Assembly (NCBI GenBank): GCA_000002435.2
Contig: CM018793.1
DNA: 64,000 nucleotides
Source of the DNA: Giardia intestinalis
Lineage: Eukaryota
Direction: 5' to 3' (one strand)
Part shown: positions 1 to 10,179 of the stretch, piece after piece
Layout: each line of letters begins with the position of its first letter
How positions within the stretch are numbered: the first letter of the stretch is position 1
Made by a program: the position numbers and the translations under genes
Notes under the pieces: model-generated
What the model was told of the DNA's origin: nothing
The model's input: the letters and a program-made list of their open reading frames with translations, nothing else
The model's database searches: none

Positions 1-42
1 ACTATTAATGGGGAAATTGTTCGGCTCAAAGACCAAGTAACT

Positions 43-3000
43 ATGGAGGTCCAGCCCGAGTGCATGCAACTTCAATCTCGCATCATGCTCAAAGATGATA
101 TGGACATCATCGACTGCCCCCACAACGAATCCAAGCGCGCAGCTATCTTGCTCCATGAGCCTCTTGATAGACTAGTAAGTAAGGTTGATGACTCTGACTA
201 TGAGGATATCACGGAGCTGAGTGCTATGTTCAAGACAGCAGACAAAACATCCGGGCTCTGCCAGATTCTCTACCCGCGTGGTGAGGACATTCAGGCGTTA
301 TACACAAGTGTTAAGGACATGCCTTCCCATTTGTTCCAGTTAAAGTACAAGTACACAAGACCGCCTGACACACCACTCTATGCACCGTTTCGAGATGACA
401 GTATCAATAAAGACAGCATATCAATGTCCCTGCTGATGACGGTCTGGGCGTTTTTGCAAGCTAACACGCTTTTTCTAAAGCTGCCCTTTATCAGTCTTGA
501 AGATTTTTCTGATGCTCTCGATGTCACAGATCAGTTTGGTTATAAACGTCAACTGCAGTACCGGTCTTTAACTCCTGAGGAGCTTAAGCAAGCTGAGGAG
601 GAAGATATTAAGGAGTATTATTTTGAGAAGTACCACTTGACAGATAAGAAAGACCAATTGGCTTCAACCTTTCCGGTGTTTAATGGTGATTTAATTTCTC
701 CAATACTATATCTTGTTATGAGTCGGTTGGTCTCTCTTCTATACGATGGAGAAGAGGAGATTGTAGATGAAGTTCCTTATGAATATACACGAAAGACCTC
801 ACTGGTACGGAGAACAGTATCAACATCATCAACAACATCAGCAACAGTAGTAAGAGCTGCCACGGCAGCGGATGCGATCAGCCGAAGCCCCACAGAGTCC
901 GCTGGGTCTGCTACGGAGATCTCCACTGCACATGAAAACGTGAGCAGTGACGATCTGTCGTCGGGTGCTGATAATAAGCAGTCGCAAGAGGGCACCAAAA
1001 GCACTGAGTACTCGTACTATGAAACTGAGTATTCGTCAACAGAAGATGATATCCATGAGCAGCTGGAGAAAAAGAAGCCTCCGCCAAAAGCGGTAAAGAA
1101 GTCCCCCAAGTCGACGTCTAATGTATCTGTCCGTGTTTCTGGACAAGCTAACTCGAGGACCCCTCGGAAAGGACCAGCATCTAATAGTATCAAATCCAAA
1201 CGGAACACACAAGTCTCCGATGACTCAGCAGACGAGTACAGCGGCGAATATAGTTATACAGATTATACATACTCCGATGGCGAAGAAGAAACGTCATATT
1301 CTACTACGGATAACGTGGGCAGTTCACAGAGATCGGACCAGCGGACTACTGGGAAAAGAAGGATAGCAAACGCAAAGGAAAGGTCTAGTCGCAGTGGGCG
1401 CCTGAGCACACGATCAGAAGACCAAGGCTCTGAAAACCGAACAGAGGGCTACTACTGTTCAACGGATATAAGCTATACAGATGAGTGGGATGACATTGAT
1501 GGAAGCAAAGATACTTACTGGTATGACCAGGCTTTGCGGTATCTTCTGTCTCGCATCAACGAAAGTGATAGATTTACTGTCATTCTTCGGATTCTTCCCA
1601 TCTTTTTTAAACTGAAAATCAAATACCACAAACAGTTAGAGAAGGTTGCCTCAAACCTTTTAAGGGCTATTCTTTCAGCTATGTCTACTGACAACCTTCT
1701 AGCTGCCATTTTGAACGAGTGTATTAACCCCATAAGATCATATAGCAATGAAGAGAAGCAAGAAGCCATAGAGTTTGTCAGACAAATAGCTCTTTCAAGA
1801 GAAGAGCGTGCGAAGGAGCGCGAGGCAATCACAGTGCGGCAAAAGGGCAAGAGGACGCTGCGTATGTCGAAGAGCTCTAAGTACAGATCCAATAGTGCAC
1901 AGATAGCATTCAAAGACAGCCTTGCGGACTTCTTCGTCCTTCTACAAGAGTTAAGTGCGTACGGGAAAACCATTGAACAGCAACAAGAGTTACAGACATT
2001 TCCGCATGACGCAGATGACTATGGTATAACAGACATTGACCAAACCGCAGAAGAAGACCAGGAGACGAACACTATTGACTTCAAGCCGCCGACAAGCGTT
2101 GGGTCAGGGCAAGACACTGCTCCAGAGGAGCCTAAGCTAAAGAGAACCCGTGCAAAGGACCGCTTCCTTGAGTATATGCCGCACGTGCCATCCGCTTTAC
2201 TTAGTATTGCTCCTAGCTTGCATATGAGTGTCTGCATTATAGCCAGCTACATCCTGGAAAACGTCTACTTCATATTATTCCTGAAACGCCTCTTACAATA
2301 CTTGCATTTTTCAAGAGCAAAACAGAGACCTGCAGACTACACGCCATCACATATCCGTTTCCACCAGCTCAGTGTACAGGAAAAGCTAGAATTACTTAAC
2401 TATTTCATTCACCAGGTGTCAGAGACAGAAAACTATCACATTTACCAAGCCCAGGAACAATCGTACAGTGATTCCATAGAATCTATGTCGAAGGAGCTTG
2501 AAAGCGCACTATGTCTGCACTTTTTGAAGACCCGCAGAGAAACACGGAAGCATGAGCTTGATGGGCACAAGCATAAGTATGAGGAAAAGCTGAACGAAGC
2601 CAGGGATCTGTGTCTTGAGAAGGCTAAGATCGTCAATACCAAGTGGAAAGAGTTTGCAGAGCTAATTGGCGTTACTACAAAGAAGCTAATTGATGCTAAT
2701 TTAGTGTTTGAAGAGCTGGACGCAGACGGTTTAAGCGCTCTATCGGTCGACGATCCTGTCGCATACCAGAAATACGCTGGGTTCCAGACTCCAGAGCATG
2801 TCGATACCTTGAAAAAGTTGATGGACACTAAGGGTGGTACGGTAACCTTGGCAAATCAACAGATACGAGGTTTCAATATGCACTTGATACGTGCCATAGG
2901 ATCGTGCACCTCTGCGCTTAACAAATACAGAGAGTTAAAAAGAGTAGCCATTAGCAATCAGAAGTTCAATCATTTGTATCACGAGCGATTGGATTACCAG

Positions 3001-3651
3001 CAATTCAAGGCCCTTCACATCATGATCAACGCAGAGATGGATAACAAGATGTGCGCATTAGACACAGCGGACATCCACACTGATTGGTACATGAATCAGT
3101 TCTTTCTGCTTCCCGCAGAGTACGGATATTTGACAACTGCAGATCTTAATTATATGGTTATGTTCTCTGATGCGTTTATGAAGCGTAACGAGCTTTCATA
3201 CAAATTTAGGATGCTATCTCACAGACAGATGTTGAGGTATGCTGATCAGCTTGGTGCCACGCCGCGGGAGAAGATGCTGAAGGAGTGGGTGAAGCAAATG
3301 GATGGGCTCATCGCCAACTATCGCCTGTCCACTGCCGTCAAGAGCATCATCAGAAAGATGAACACTGCCACGCATGGCTATGAGACCATTCAGAAGATTA
3401 TCGGCACTACAGACATTGACACTGTTAACAGATGGATGGCAGAGTATGAAGAGAGACGCGAAAAATCAGGGGTAGATTCGGCCCAGAAAACAGAAAAGTA
3501 CACTACAGAACGCATAATGAAGCGGATGGAGCAGATGGGTGTCCCCAATTTCTCAACCAAACGAGCTTACCTCACATCTATCGCTGGAACACTCCGGTTG
3601 TCCCACCACGGGATACACTCGTTTCTTAAGCACGATGCATCCGCACTCTAG
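43..3651 (+). CDS. Large hypothetical protein (1202 aa) with a Ser/Thr-rich acidic low-complexity central region; possibly 5'-truncated by the window edge
   Basis: Uninterrupted 3.6-kb ORF. There is no in-frame stop between position 1 and the ATG at 43, so the true start may lie upstream of the window. No recognisable domain. Low-complexity stretches (STSSTTSATVV, EYSYYETEYSSTEDD) seen in sequence. Confidence 0.6.
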   Translation: MEVQPECMQLQSRIMLKDDMDIIDCPHNESKRAAILLHEPLDRLVSKVDDSDYEDITELSAMFKTADKTSGLCQILYPRGEDIQALYTSVKDMPSHLFQLKYKYTRPPDTPLYAPFRDDSINKDSISMSLLMTVWAFLQANTLFLKLPFISLEDFSDALDVTDQFGYKRQLQYRSLTPEELKQAEEEDIKEYYFEKYHLTDKKDQLASTFPVFNGDLISPILYLVMSRLVSLLYDGEEEIVDEVPYEYTRKTSLVRRTVSTSSTTSATVVRAATAADAISRSPTESAGSATEISTAHENVSSDDLSSGADNKQSQEGTKSTEYSYYETEYSSTEDDIHEQLEKKKPPPKAVKKSPKSTSNVSVRVSGQANSRTPRKGPASNSIKSKRNTQVSDDSADEYSGEYSYTDYTYSDGEEETSYSTTDNVGSSQRSDQRTTGKRRIANAKERSSRSGRLSTRSEDQGSENRTEGYYCSTDISYTDEWDDIDGSKDTYWYDQALRYLLSRINESDRFTVILRILPIFFKLKIKYHKQLEKVASNLLRAILSAMSTDNLLAAILNECINPIRSYSNEEKQEAIEFVRQIALSREERAKEREAITVRQKGKRTLRMSKSSKYRSNSAQIAFKDSLADFFVLLQELSAYGKTIEQQQELQTFPHDADDYGITDIDQTAEEDQETNTIDFKPPTSVGSGQDTAPEEPKLKRTRAKDRFLEYMPHVPSALLSIAPSLHMSVCIIASYILENVYFILFLKRLLQYLHFSRAKQRPADYTPSHIRFHQLSVQEKLELLNYFIHQVSETENYHIYQAQEQSYSDSIESMSKELESALCLHFLKTRRETRKHELDGHKHKYEEKLNEARDLCLEKAKIVNTKWKEFAELIGVTTKKLIDANLVFEELDADGLSALSVDDPVAYQKYAGFQTPEHVDTLKKLMDTKGGTVTLANQQIRGFNMHLIRAIGSCTSALNKYRELKRVAISNQKFNHLYHERLDYQQFKALHIMINAEMDNKMCALDTADIHTDWYMNQFFLLPAEYGYLTTADLNYMVMFSDAFMKRNELSYKFRMLSHRQMLRYADQLGATPREKMLKEWVKQMDGLIANYRLSTAVKSIIRKMNTATHGYETIQKIIGTTDIDTVNRWMAEYEERREKSGVDSAQKTEKYTTERIMKRMEQMGVPNFSTKRAYLTSIAGTLRLSHHGIHSFLKHDASAL

Positions 3652-3735
3652 CTGCACGAGCTTCACCAAAATAATGTCAAGGCGATTTCTTGATAAATGC
3701 TCGAAGTTGCCAAAGATTGTTAAAAAAAGGTTTAA

Positions 3736-5079
3736 ATGGCCAATAGAAAGTGGTTTGCAGCTGCAGATGACGGGGATTTGGATTACATTTTGCTCCACTA
3801 CAATGAAATGGTTGGGAAACAGGATTCTCAGTTCCTAGATAGAACAGCCCTGATGTTTGCAGCCAACCGGGGCCACTATGAGATCTGCGAAATCCTAGCT
3901 CTTGGAAAGCCTAGTGAGGTCGGAATACTTAACCGCAGAGGGAATACTGCCTTGCACTTTGCCGCCTCCAACGGATATGTGAGAATAATTACTATGTTAG
4001 CTCCTCTTGAGGCGCGTGTGAGAAATGAAAATGGAGACACTGCGCTCACGCATGCCATTCTGAACGGCCATGCTGAAGCAGTAAGGGCTCTGATACCATT
4101 TGAGTTGGACTTGGTTGGTTCCGAGAACAAGTCTCCATTAGAGCTAGCCAAACAGCTAGGAAATCAAGAAATAATTCACATTGTCCAGACAGCTTTGTCT
4201 GAGCCTAGTCCGGCTATCTCCTACCCCGCTCCCCAGCTCTCTCACCGGCATCCGACTGTTCCTCCACTTGAGGAGCAGATTGGCAAAGAACATGTCATCA
4301 AGGATCTTTCACCCGTTATGAGCTATAGCAAGGATCGAGCTGCGCCTAAGCCGGAGGCACAAGACCTAGCATTATTCCGCTCAGCGGAGCATTCTATTGG
4401 CCTCAGCACGGCTCTGCCGCAGAACGCAGGTAGCACCTCACTATCAACACCAATAAATAGTGCCGACAGCAGCGCAGCAGGAAGCTACATAGACTCCTAC
4501 CAGTTGGTTCGGCCAACGCAACTGTTCGACAGGTCGACCGCTTCTCAGCGGTTAACAAGCTCGTTTACTGTTCCGTCGGTACTAGCAAAGTCCCAAAGTG
4601 CACAGCAAGACACTTTTTACCTGAACATCAGTGCAAATTATAGCTTTACCAAAGAGGAAGAGTCTGAGTACCACTCGTTAATGTCCCGGACTAGCGTATT
4701 AGAGAAGGCGAACAAGCAGCTCCGGGCGAAGAACGCCGCTCAGGTAACTAGGATTATGGACTTGGAGGACCGTAATGCAACCCTCACTAGTCTTTTAGAA
4801 ACGCTGATGAAGCCGGACTCTTATGCAGAAGAGTTCCGGCTGGATCAAATGATAGACGAACCTGTCAAAGGTAAGGACGCAGGGAAGACCGGTCGCCGAC
4901 CAGTGCCCAAAAAAAGATCTGATGAACCAATTAGCATAGAGGAGTCCCGCCTCATCCGGGAGGAGATCAAAGCTCTTCGTAAGGAAAACAAGGCTCTTAA
5001 AGACTGTCTGAGAGAGTTTTCTGAGAAATTTGACGCCTTTATGTTATCAACTGGGGCGGGCTTTTATACTACAGAATGA
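3736..5079 (+). CDS. Ankyrin-repeat protein with C-terminal coiled coil (Giardia 'Protein 21.1'-like)
   Basis: ATG preceded by 'taaaaaaaggtttaaATG'. Three to four ankyrin repeats (TALMFAANRGHYEICEIL, GNTALHFAASNGYVRIITML, GDTALTHAILNGHAEAVRALI). Heptad-rich C-terminus (LEKANKQLRAKNAAQ...IKALRKENKALKDCL). Confidence 0.8.
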   Translation: MANRKWFAAADDGDLDYILLHYNEMVGKQDSQFLDRTALMFAANRGHYEICEILALGKPSEVGILNRRGNTALHFAASNGYVRIITMLAPLEARVRNENGDTALTHAILNGHAEAVRALIPFELDLVGSENKSPLELAKQLGNQEIIHIVQTALSEPSPAISYPAPQLSHRHPTVPPLEEQIGKEHVIKDLSPVMSYSKDRAAPKPEAQDLALFRSAEHSIGLSTALPQNAGSTSLSTPINSADSSAAGSYIDSYQLVRPTQLFDRSTASQRLTSSFTVPSVLAKSQSAQQDTFYLNISANYSFTKEEESEYHSLMSRTSVLEKANKQLRAKNAAQVTRIMDLEDRNATLTSLLETLMKPDSYAEEFRLDQMIDEPVKGKDAGKTGRRPVPKKRSDEPISIEESRLIREEIKALRKENKALKDCLREFSEKFDAFMLSTGAGFYTTE

Positions 5080-5234
5080 GGGTGGAAAATGGAAGGAAGT
5101 TGACATAATGCTTCTCTTGCTAGCACAGAGACAACGCGGTTCTGGCAGATTCGCAGAAGGGCGTGCGTTCCCTGCGCTCTTCCCGGCGCCGCCGGATTTA
5201 GAATCAAAAAAATTAATTCGGCAGACGAGCAGAC

Positions 5235-7205
5235 ATGGTGCTGGCGTTTAGCGTTAAGCTTTTGGACTTCCAGCCCGTGCCTGTTTCTGGGAGCTTCTCA
5301 GTGGCAGATAGCGGGATGCAGTTCAATTCTACGAATGCTTCGGTAAGCCTCGCCATCTCCTGGTCGATAATTAGGTCCATCGTGATCGGTGAGATAGGAA
5401 AACGAGAGCGTAGTGGCCCATTCCTCGAGCTGTCGGTTTACATAACAGATAATCTGAAGCAGATGTATACATTTTCAGCCATACCTTTGACTGAGAAAGA
5501 GAGCCTGCTGAGCCTGCTTAGGAGCCATCTTGGCGATAGCTTTCCCATTCTTGATCGTCGCTATGTGACCACCGGCTGGAACTGGGGTTCCTTAGCTGTT
5601 TCAAGCGCTGCCGTCAGCTTCATTCCCAACTCTGTCTTCCTCACGGAGTCTAACGCCTCGCGCACAAATCTTGCCAATAATGAGGACGTTGCTCCCGTTG
5701 GTGGCGAGGAGGGATCTTCTGCAAGCGAAGATAGCGAAGCAAGTCAGATCAGTGAGGACCCTGTAGAGGACCTTTACTTCCATATACCGACGACTATGGT
5801 GGACGACCTCAAGAGTCTAGGGGCAAGAGAGATATCTTTGACCCTTCAGGGTAAGACTTCTGAGACAAACGCCCTCATGTCGGTCAAAGAGGTTGTTTTC
5901 ACAATTCCCGATAAGCAAATATGTAAGCAGATGTATGACCGCCTCATGCACGTTGTGGATACGCGGGCAAGTGGAAGGATCGTTAGTGTTCCGGAGTTGA
6001 GTGTTTTTACCAGCAAGTCCAGCAAGTTCACTCTAGAGGTTAATCTACGGTCGTTCAGGTTCTTCTCTTGGAACAATAACTATCACAGACTTCCTGATAC
6101 CATCACCAAATACTTCTTCGTCGAGAAGCCTAGCTATAGTAGTGAGTCTGTCGAGTATTTCTTCGTCATTATGTTTACACAGGGTAATGGGTTTGTAAAG
6201 GGTCTGGATAGCATCTGCATGCTTTTGCCACAGCGAAAGCTCACGCGAGAGATCATTCTTCCAAGAGATCCTGACATCGCGGATTCCTTGCTCCAGGAGA
6301 TGTTATGCGACAACCCTAGAACGTACGACGAAGATAATCCGCCATACGGTCCATATAGTTTGCTGTCTGCCCGAACTACTGGAATCCAAACCCACGGAGT
6401 AAGCTACGAGGCCGACCGGCATATTGCTGTGTTTAATGGCGTCGAGACATACATGGTGATACCTCGCCTATTCCATTATCTCACGCCGAAGAAGAGCTTC
6501 GTTTGCACAGAGCACTCTCAGACCTGTCTTGATAAGAAGATCTACAGCTCGATAACGTACAGCTCCATCCGTATCCGAGAAGGGTATGGCGGACACTCGA
6601 CTTATCCGTGCGTGGAATGCAAGAATCGCGTGACTCAACAAAAGACTGTCTACCTTTATTTCCTTGACAAGCGCCAGGGCCTTTTGATGCTTCCTTACGC
6701 GACGATCTACATCCCCTACACTAGCATCAGTAGAATGACGCTGGAGAACGATACTTCCAGAGGGGCCACCGGCAAGAAGAATCCTGTGAAGCTGGTGGTG
6801 TCGACAGCTGGAATCGTGCACGAGTTCACATCTATAGACCGGGATCACTGCGACGTCATAGAGCAGTATCTTCGCGGCTGTGGTGTCGCTATTAGTGTTT
6901 CGTTACAGGCCTCAAACAGGGGCCATGGAGGCATGTTTGGGGACTTGGACATGGATGAAATGGGCAGCGATGATTCCGATGACGCTGACTTCGAGGCTGC
7001 GCCAGACTCGAGTAGCGGTGAATACACCGAGGATTTGGAAGAGATTAATTCCGACGAGTCGGAGGTTGGCGAGAATCACGATCACGAAGTCCAAGCTCTT
7101 AAAGCTCGCACAGAGCGGACGAAGAAGCGGGCGATATTTGAATGTTATGCAGACATTCGCTCACAGGACTGCCTGCTGGCTGTGCCAAATCCGTCGTCCT
7201 GGTAA
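5235..7205 (+). CDS. Hypothetical protein (656 aa) with strongly acidic C-terminal tail
   Basis: Long ORF starting at ATG 5235, with the A/T-rich stretch 'aatcaaaaaaattaattc' about 20 nt upstream. Acidic tail (DLDMDEMGSDDSDDADFEAAPDSS). No domain recognised. Confidence 0.55.
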   Translation: MVLAFSVKLLDFQPVPVSGSFSVADSGMQFNSTNASVSLAISWSIIRSIVIGEIGKRERSGPFLELSVYITDNLKQMYTFSAIPLTEKESLLSLLRSHLGDSFPILDRRYVTTGWNWGSLAVSSAAVSFIPNSVFLTESNASRTNLANNEDVAPVGGEEGSSASEDSEASQISEDPVEDLYFHIPTTMVDDLKSLGAREISLTLQGKTSETNALMSVKEVVFTIPDKQICKQMYDRLMHVVDTRASGRIVSVPELSVFTSKSSKFTLEVNLRSFRFFSWNNNYHRLPDTITKYFFVEKPSYSSESVEYFFVIMFTQGNGFVKGLDSICMLLPQRKLTREIILPRDPDIADSLLQEMLCDNPRTYDEDNPPYGPYSLLSARTTGIQTHGVSYEADRHIAVFNGVETYMVIPRLFHYLTPKKSFVCTEHSQTCLDKKIYSSITYSSIRIREGYGGHSTYPCVECKNRVTQQKTVYLYFLDKRQGLLMLPYATIYIPYTSISRMTLENDTSRGATGKKNPVKLVVSTAGIVHEFTSIDRDHCDVIEQYLRGCGVAISVSLQASNRGHGGMFGDLDMDEMGSDDSDDADFEAAPDSSSGEYTEDLEEINSDESEVGENHDHEVQALKARTERTKKRAIFECYADIRSQDCLLAVPNPSSW

Positions 7206-7211
7206 TACAAA

Positions 7212-7218
7212 AGTAAAT
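7212..7218 (+). promoter_or_regulatory. AGTAAAT polyadenylation signal of the 5235-7205 gene, overlapping the ATG of the 7217 gene
   Basis: 'TAAtacaaaAGTAAATGgat': an AGTRAAY match 7 nt after the stop at 7203-7205; its last two bases are the A and T of the next start codon. Confidence 0.5.
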
Positions 7219-8410
7219 GGATAAACGCGATCTTTCCGCCATTCAGAGTCAGCTGGAGTCCCTGTTCGCCAAGTATAATGCTACGAAGGAGAAGCTTGCA
7301 GAGACGACGGCTGAACTGGAGGTTATACGAACCCAGCACGCAAGCAATGCACGGAAACTGACCATGTCTCGTCAGCAGATAGAGCGGCTGTCCACCGAAC
7401 GATGCGCCCTGCAGAAGGAAAATGATAGGCTAAAGCAGTACACAGGAAAGATGGAGACTAAATTGTCTCTCGCAGCTCAGCAAAGCGGGCTAGCAACTGC
7501 GATAGAAAAGCAATCTTCTCTAGAAAGGCAACTTGCAGCCCGTAATGCCCGGATTGAAGAGCTTGAAAGTGTCATAGAAGGATTGAAGAAGGAGATTAGA
7601 ATCACAGTCAGTGCCCTTACCATGAAGGAGGAGGACTGGGGTTTGCGATCAAATGGCAGTAGGGTAAGCAAGCATAGTTGCGCAGAACAGCTTAAGACCA
7701 GTTTGCTCAGAACAATAGCGGCACTGAAACATGAAACCGACGCGTTCCAACTTCAGCTTGCAGAAGAAGAACGGCGTACTGCGAGTCTCCAAAAGAACCT
7801 CTCGGCTGCTCAGGCAGAGGTGGAATCGCTAACTGCACGATGCGCTGATGCCCAGTTGGCTTATGACCAGCTCTACATCGATTATGAACAGTTGATGGAC
7901 AAGCTCGGAGAAGACAACAAAGAAAAGGACAAAGTAAGCGAACTACAGAGGACCATTAAAACCCAGGGCAGGGAACTTAAGGGGTTTATGGCCATGTTCG
8001 ATGGTAGAGGATCCAAGGATGCAGCAGTGGAGCTAAGTGTGCTCAGAGCTAAACTTGATGAGGTAGAAAGAATAGCAAACAGTGCGGAGCTTACCAAGGC
8101 AGAGTTTGCAGCCCGGTGTACTAGCCTTCAGTCAAAGGTCACAGAACTAGAGAGCGCCAGAGCAGAGGTCAAGGGAGAGGTGACAGGGCTTCGGGGGAGA
8201 GTCGCCCAACTCACTGCTGAGCTCACGACATACAAGCAGATTAACAAGGAGCTTCAAGGAAAGCTTGATCGGTACGTATCGTATGCGGATGCCAACGCAG
8301 CGCTCCTCCAAAAACTCCACGAATACGAAGAGGAAATTTCGAAGCTCACGAAGCAGAAAGCAGACCTGCAGCGGGCGTTAATTAATAACGCTCGAGGGCA
8401 GCACACATAA
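7217..8410 (+). CDS. Coiled-coil protein (397 aa)
   Basis: ATG in 'caaaagtaaATGgat', only 11 nt after the upstream stop. The protein is heptad-repeat, E/K/L/Q-rich throughout (LESLFAKYNATKEKLAETTAELEVIRTQ...). Confidence 0.7.
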   Translation: MDKRDLSAIQSQLESLFAKYNATKEKLAETTAELEVIRTQHASNARKLTMSRQQIERLSTERCALQKENDRLKQYTGKMETKLSLAAQQSGLATAIEKQSSLERQLAARNARIEELESVIEGLKKEIRITVSALTMKEEDWGLRSNGSRVSKHSCAEQLKTSLLRTIAALKHETDAFQLQLAEEERRTASLQKNLSAAQAEVESLTARCADAQLAYDQLYIDYEQLMDKLGEDNKEKDKVSELQRTIKTQGRELKGFMAMFDGRGSKDAAVELSVLRAKLDEVERIANSAELTKAEFAARCTSLQSKVTELESARAEVKGEVTGLRGRVAQLTAELTTYKQINKELQGKLDRYVSYADANAALLQKLHEYEEEISKLTKQKADLQRALINNARGQHT

Positions 8411-8416
8411 ATTACT

Positions 8417-8423
8417 GTTTACT
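8417..8423 (-). promoter_or_regulatory. Giardia-type polyadenylation signal AGTAAAC for the roadblock gene
   Basis: The reverse complement of 8417-8423 (gtttact) is AGTAAAC, matching the AGTRAAY consensus, 5 nt downstream of the TAG stop (8429-8431, minus strand). It lies inside the 18-bp gap between two convergent stops. Confidence 0.6.
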
Positions 8424-8428
8424 TTTCT

Positions 8429-8725
8429 CTAATCCGTCTGGGGCTTTTGTATGACCACCATCAGATATCCCTTATCGGGCGCCAGAAGTAGTTCGTACTT
8501 CTTGGACCGAAGCCTCAGGAGACGCAGCTCGTCAGATGGGTCGATCCCTGTGATCAGGGACTTGCCTTTCATGACCAAATGCGAACATATGCCAGCGTAG
8601 ATTGTGGCCTGCTCCTCATCTAGGGATGTTCTGATGGGTATTCCATCCGAGTTAATAATGATAACACCTTCTACGCCCTTTTTCGAAGAAATCCGCTTTA
8701 TAGTTTCGTCGAGCTCCGAGGCCAT
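8429..8725 (-). CDS. DYNLRB: Dynein light chain roadblock-type (LC7/Robl), 98 aa
   Basis: Translation MASELDETIKRISSKKGVEGVIIINSDGIPIRTSLDEEQATIYAGICSHLVMKGKSLITGIDPSDELRLLRLRSKKYELLLAPDKGYLMVVIQKPQTD aligns collinearly with human DYNLRB1 ([33 protein letters not shown]...[26 protein letters not shown]). The ORF-track start at 8938 is a TTG; the first ATG is at 8725. A canonical AGTAAAC polyA signal lies 5 nt after the stop. Confidence 0.9.
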   Translation of the reverse strand: MASELDETIKRISSKKGVEGVIIINSDGIPIRTSLDEEQATIYAGICSHLVMKGKSLITGIDPSDELRLLRLRSKKYELLLAPDKGYLMVVIQKPQTD

Positions 8726-9222
8726 CCAAACTTTTGTCTCAGGATGTTGCTTATGAATTACAAGTTGTGAATTTTCCACAAAAGTATTGTGATTAGTGCA
8801 CAAATGGTCACGAGAAAATGAGAAATATGGGCAGACAGGGGCGGGGCGTGAAGATAGAACCATGCCAAAGATTAATAGGACACTAATGTTGAATAGGTTA
8901 GTGTCTCGGCGTCCTGCAGTATACTTTTTCAGAAGCAATAAAACCTCGCAATCTAAAAGCTGGGCTGAAAACTAAACGACCCGAGTGATCGCCTTCTAAC
9001 CTTGGAAAAGAAAAGAGCTGTCTTCCCACGCCGCCATATCTGCTGCATTTACTATGACTTGTCGGACCACAGCTTATCAAACATAGCTTGTCAAAAAATG
9101 GTAATACCGGATACCAGCCAAAAAGCTAGAAAGTGCAGAGGACATGCCCCCTTCGCTAAAGGTAGCATGTGTGTTTTGGGCTTTTTTAACTTGCCCAAAA
9201 AAACTTCCGTCCAGCTTTAAAA

Positions 9223-10179
9223 ATGTATTTAAGAGAGGGCTTCGATGTGCACACACTTACCGACCGATCCGATTATAGTATCCTCTCGGAGCTCGTAGAT
9301 GGGTCTCCTGCTATCCCCGCCTACAGCGACAGCGAGATAGACGCATCGGTGTACCACAGCTTCTCATTCGATTACCCGCGATCCTACTCTTCTGTGTTTG
9401 GGCAAGGAACAGACTTCCTCGAGTTCAAAGAGGTCACAAGAACGGTCGACGACGGGATCTATGACCCCGCAGTCCTGCTCGATCACACCGTGGACCCCTG
9501 CCTGGCCACTGATCTGCCCTACTCCAACTACGGCCACAACCCTGCAAGTACCGGTATCAGTGTCAATACCTTGTATGCCAGAGACCAGCCTCCAGGATCG
9601 CGCAGCACCACGACCCTCTCGCCTTCCATGATTAGAACTGAGAGCTCATCTAGGATCTCTGCAGCCACCCCGCCGGTCCCCACGCTTCTGCGGTCTATCG
9701 ACTCCATAAGCAACTTCACTTCACTTCCCACTCTGGCACAGCCAGCCACTGCAAAAGCTGCTACAAAGCCTGAGGCCGCCGATGTGAAGCCCGGGACGGA
9801 GACTAAAGCTCGACCCCCTCCCAAGTCGTCTGTGCCGGCTCCGCTGCAGATGAAGAAGCCGGTAAAGCATGCGTCCCGCTCTCTGAACAACAAGTCTCAG
9901 TACAAGTTCCCAGGGACTCCCGAGGTGCTGAAACGCTCCATCCAGCTGATCTACCGTGCCTTGCGAGAGCTGAGGCCTGCTGCCAAAATTCCCGGGAACG
10001 TGATGGACTCTCTTGCGCAGCGAGCGGACACACACGTCTACATCCTCGCGCAGGACAGGAGGCTCTTCCACTGGCTCGAGACAGAGCACCCCAAGGACGT
10101 GATTCAAGCGCTCCTAAGAATCGAGGGCCTGGACAGCGAAATGAAGTCGAGGCTGGCGGCGCTTTTCGCTGGCAATTGA
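9223..10179 (+). CDS. Hypothetical protein (318 aa) with S/T/P-rich central region
   Basis: ATG in 'cagctttaaaaATGtat' (classic A/T-rich initiator). The GC-rich interior produces spurious overlapping ORFs in other frames. No domain recognised. Confidence 0.5.
   Translation: MYLREGFDVHTLTDRSDYSILSELVDGSPAIPAYSDSEIDASVYHSFSFDYPRSYSSVFGQGTDFLEFKEVTRTVDDGIYDPAVLLDHTVDPCLATDLPYSNYGHNPASTGISVNTLYARDQPPGSRSTTTLSPSMIRTESSSRISAATPPVPTLLRSIDSISNFTSLPTLAQPATAKAATKPEAADVKPGTETKARPPPKSSVPAPLQMKKPVKHASRSLNNKSQYKFPGTPEVLKRSIQLIYRALRELRPAAKIPGNVMDSLAQRADTHVYILAQDRRLFHWLETEHPKDVIQALLRIEGLDSEMKSRLAALFAGN

Noticed and set aside
8726-8938. ORF-track N-terminal extensions and 'M' starts at 8938 (TTG), 24625 (GTG), 20820 (TTG), 30676 (GTG), 44945 (TTG), 50990 (TTG), 11447 (TTG) and 20880 (GTG)
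   Set aside because: Checked in the sequence: these track starts are non-ATG codons under bacterial-style start rules. For a eukaryotic gene the first in-frame ATG was used instead. In the cases of roadblock, WD40 and IscU, the first ATG also coincides with the beginning of homology and with an A/T-rich initiator.
9398-10107. Overlapping ORFs (9398..9631 +, 9528..9893 -, 9721..10107 -, 9803..10033 -) inside the 9223-10179 gene
   Set aside because: Nested within a longer ORF that has a canonical 'ctttaaaaATG' initiator. They are GC-rich-frame artefacts.
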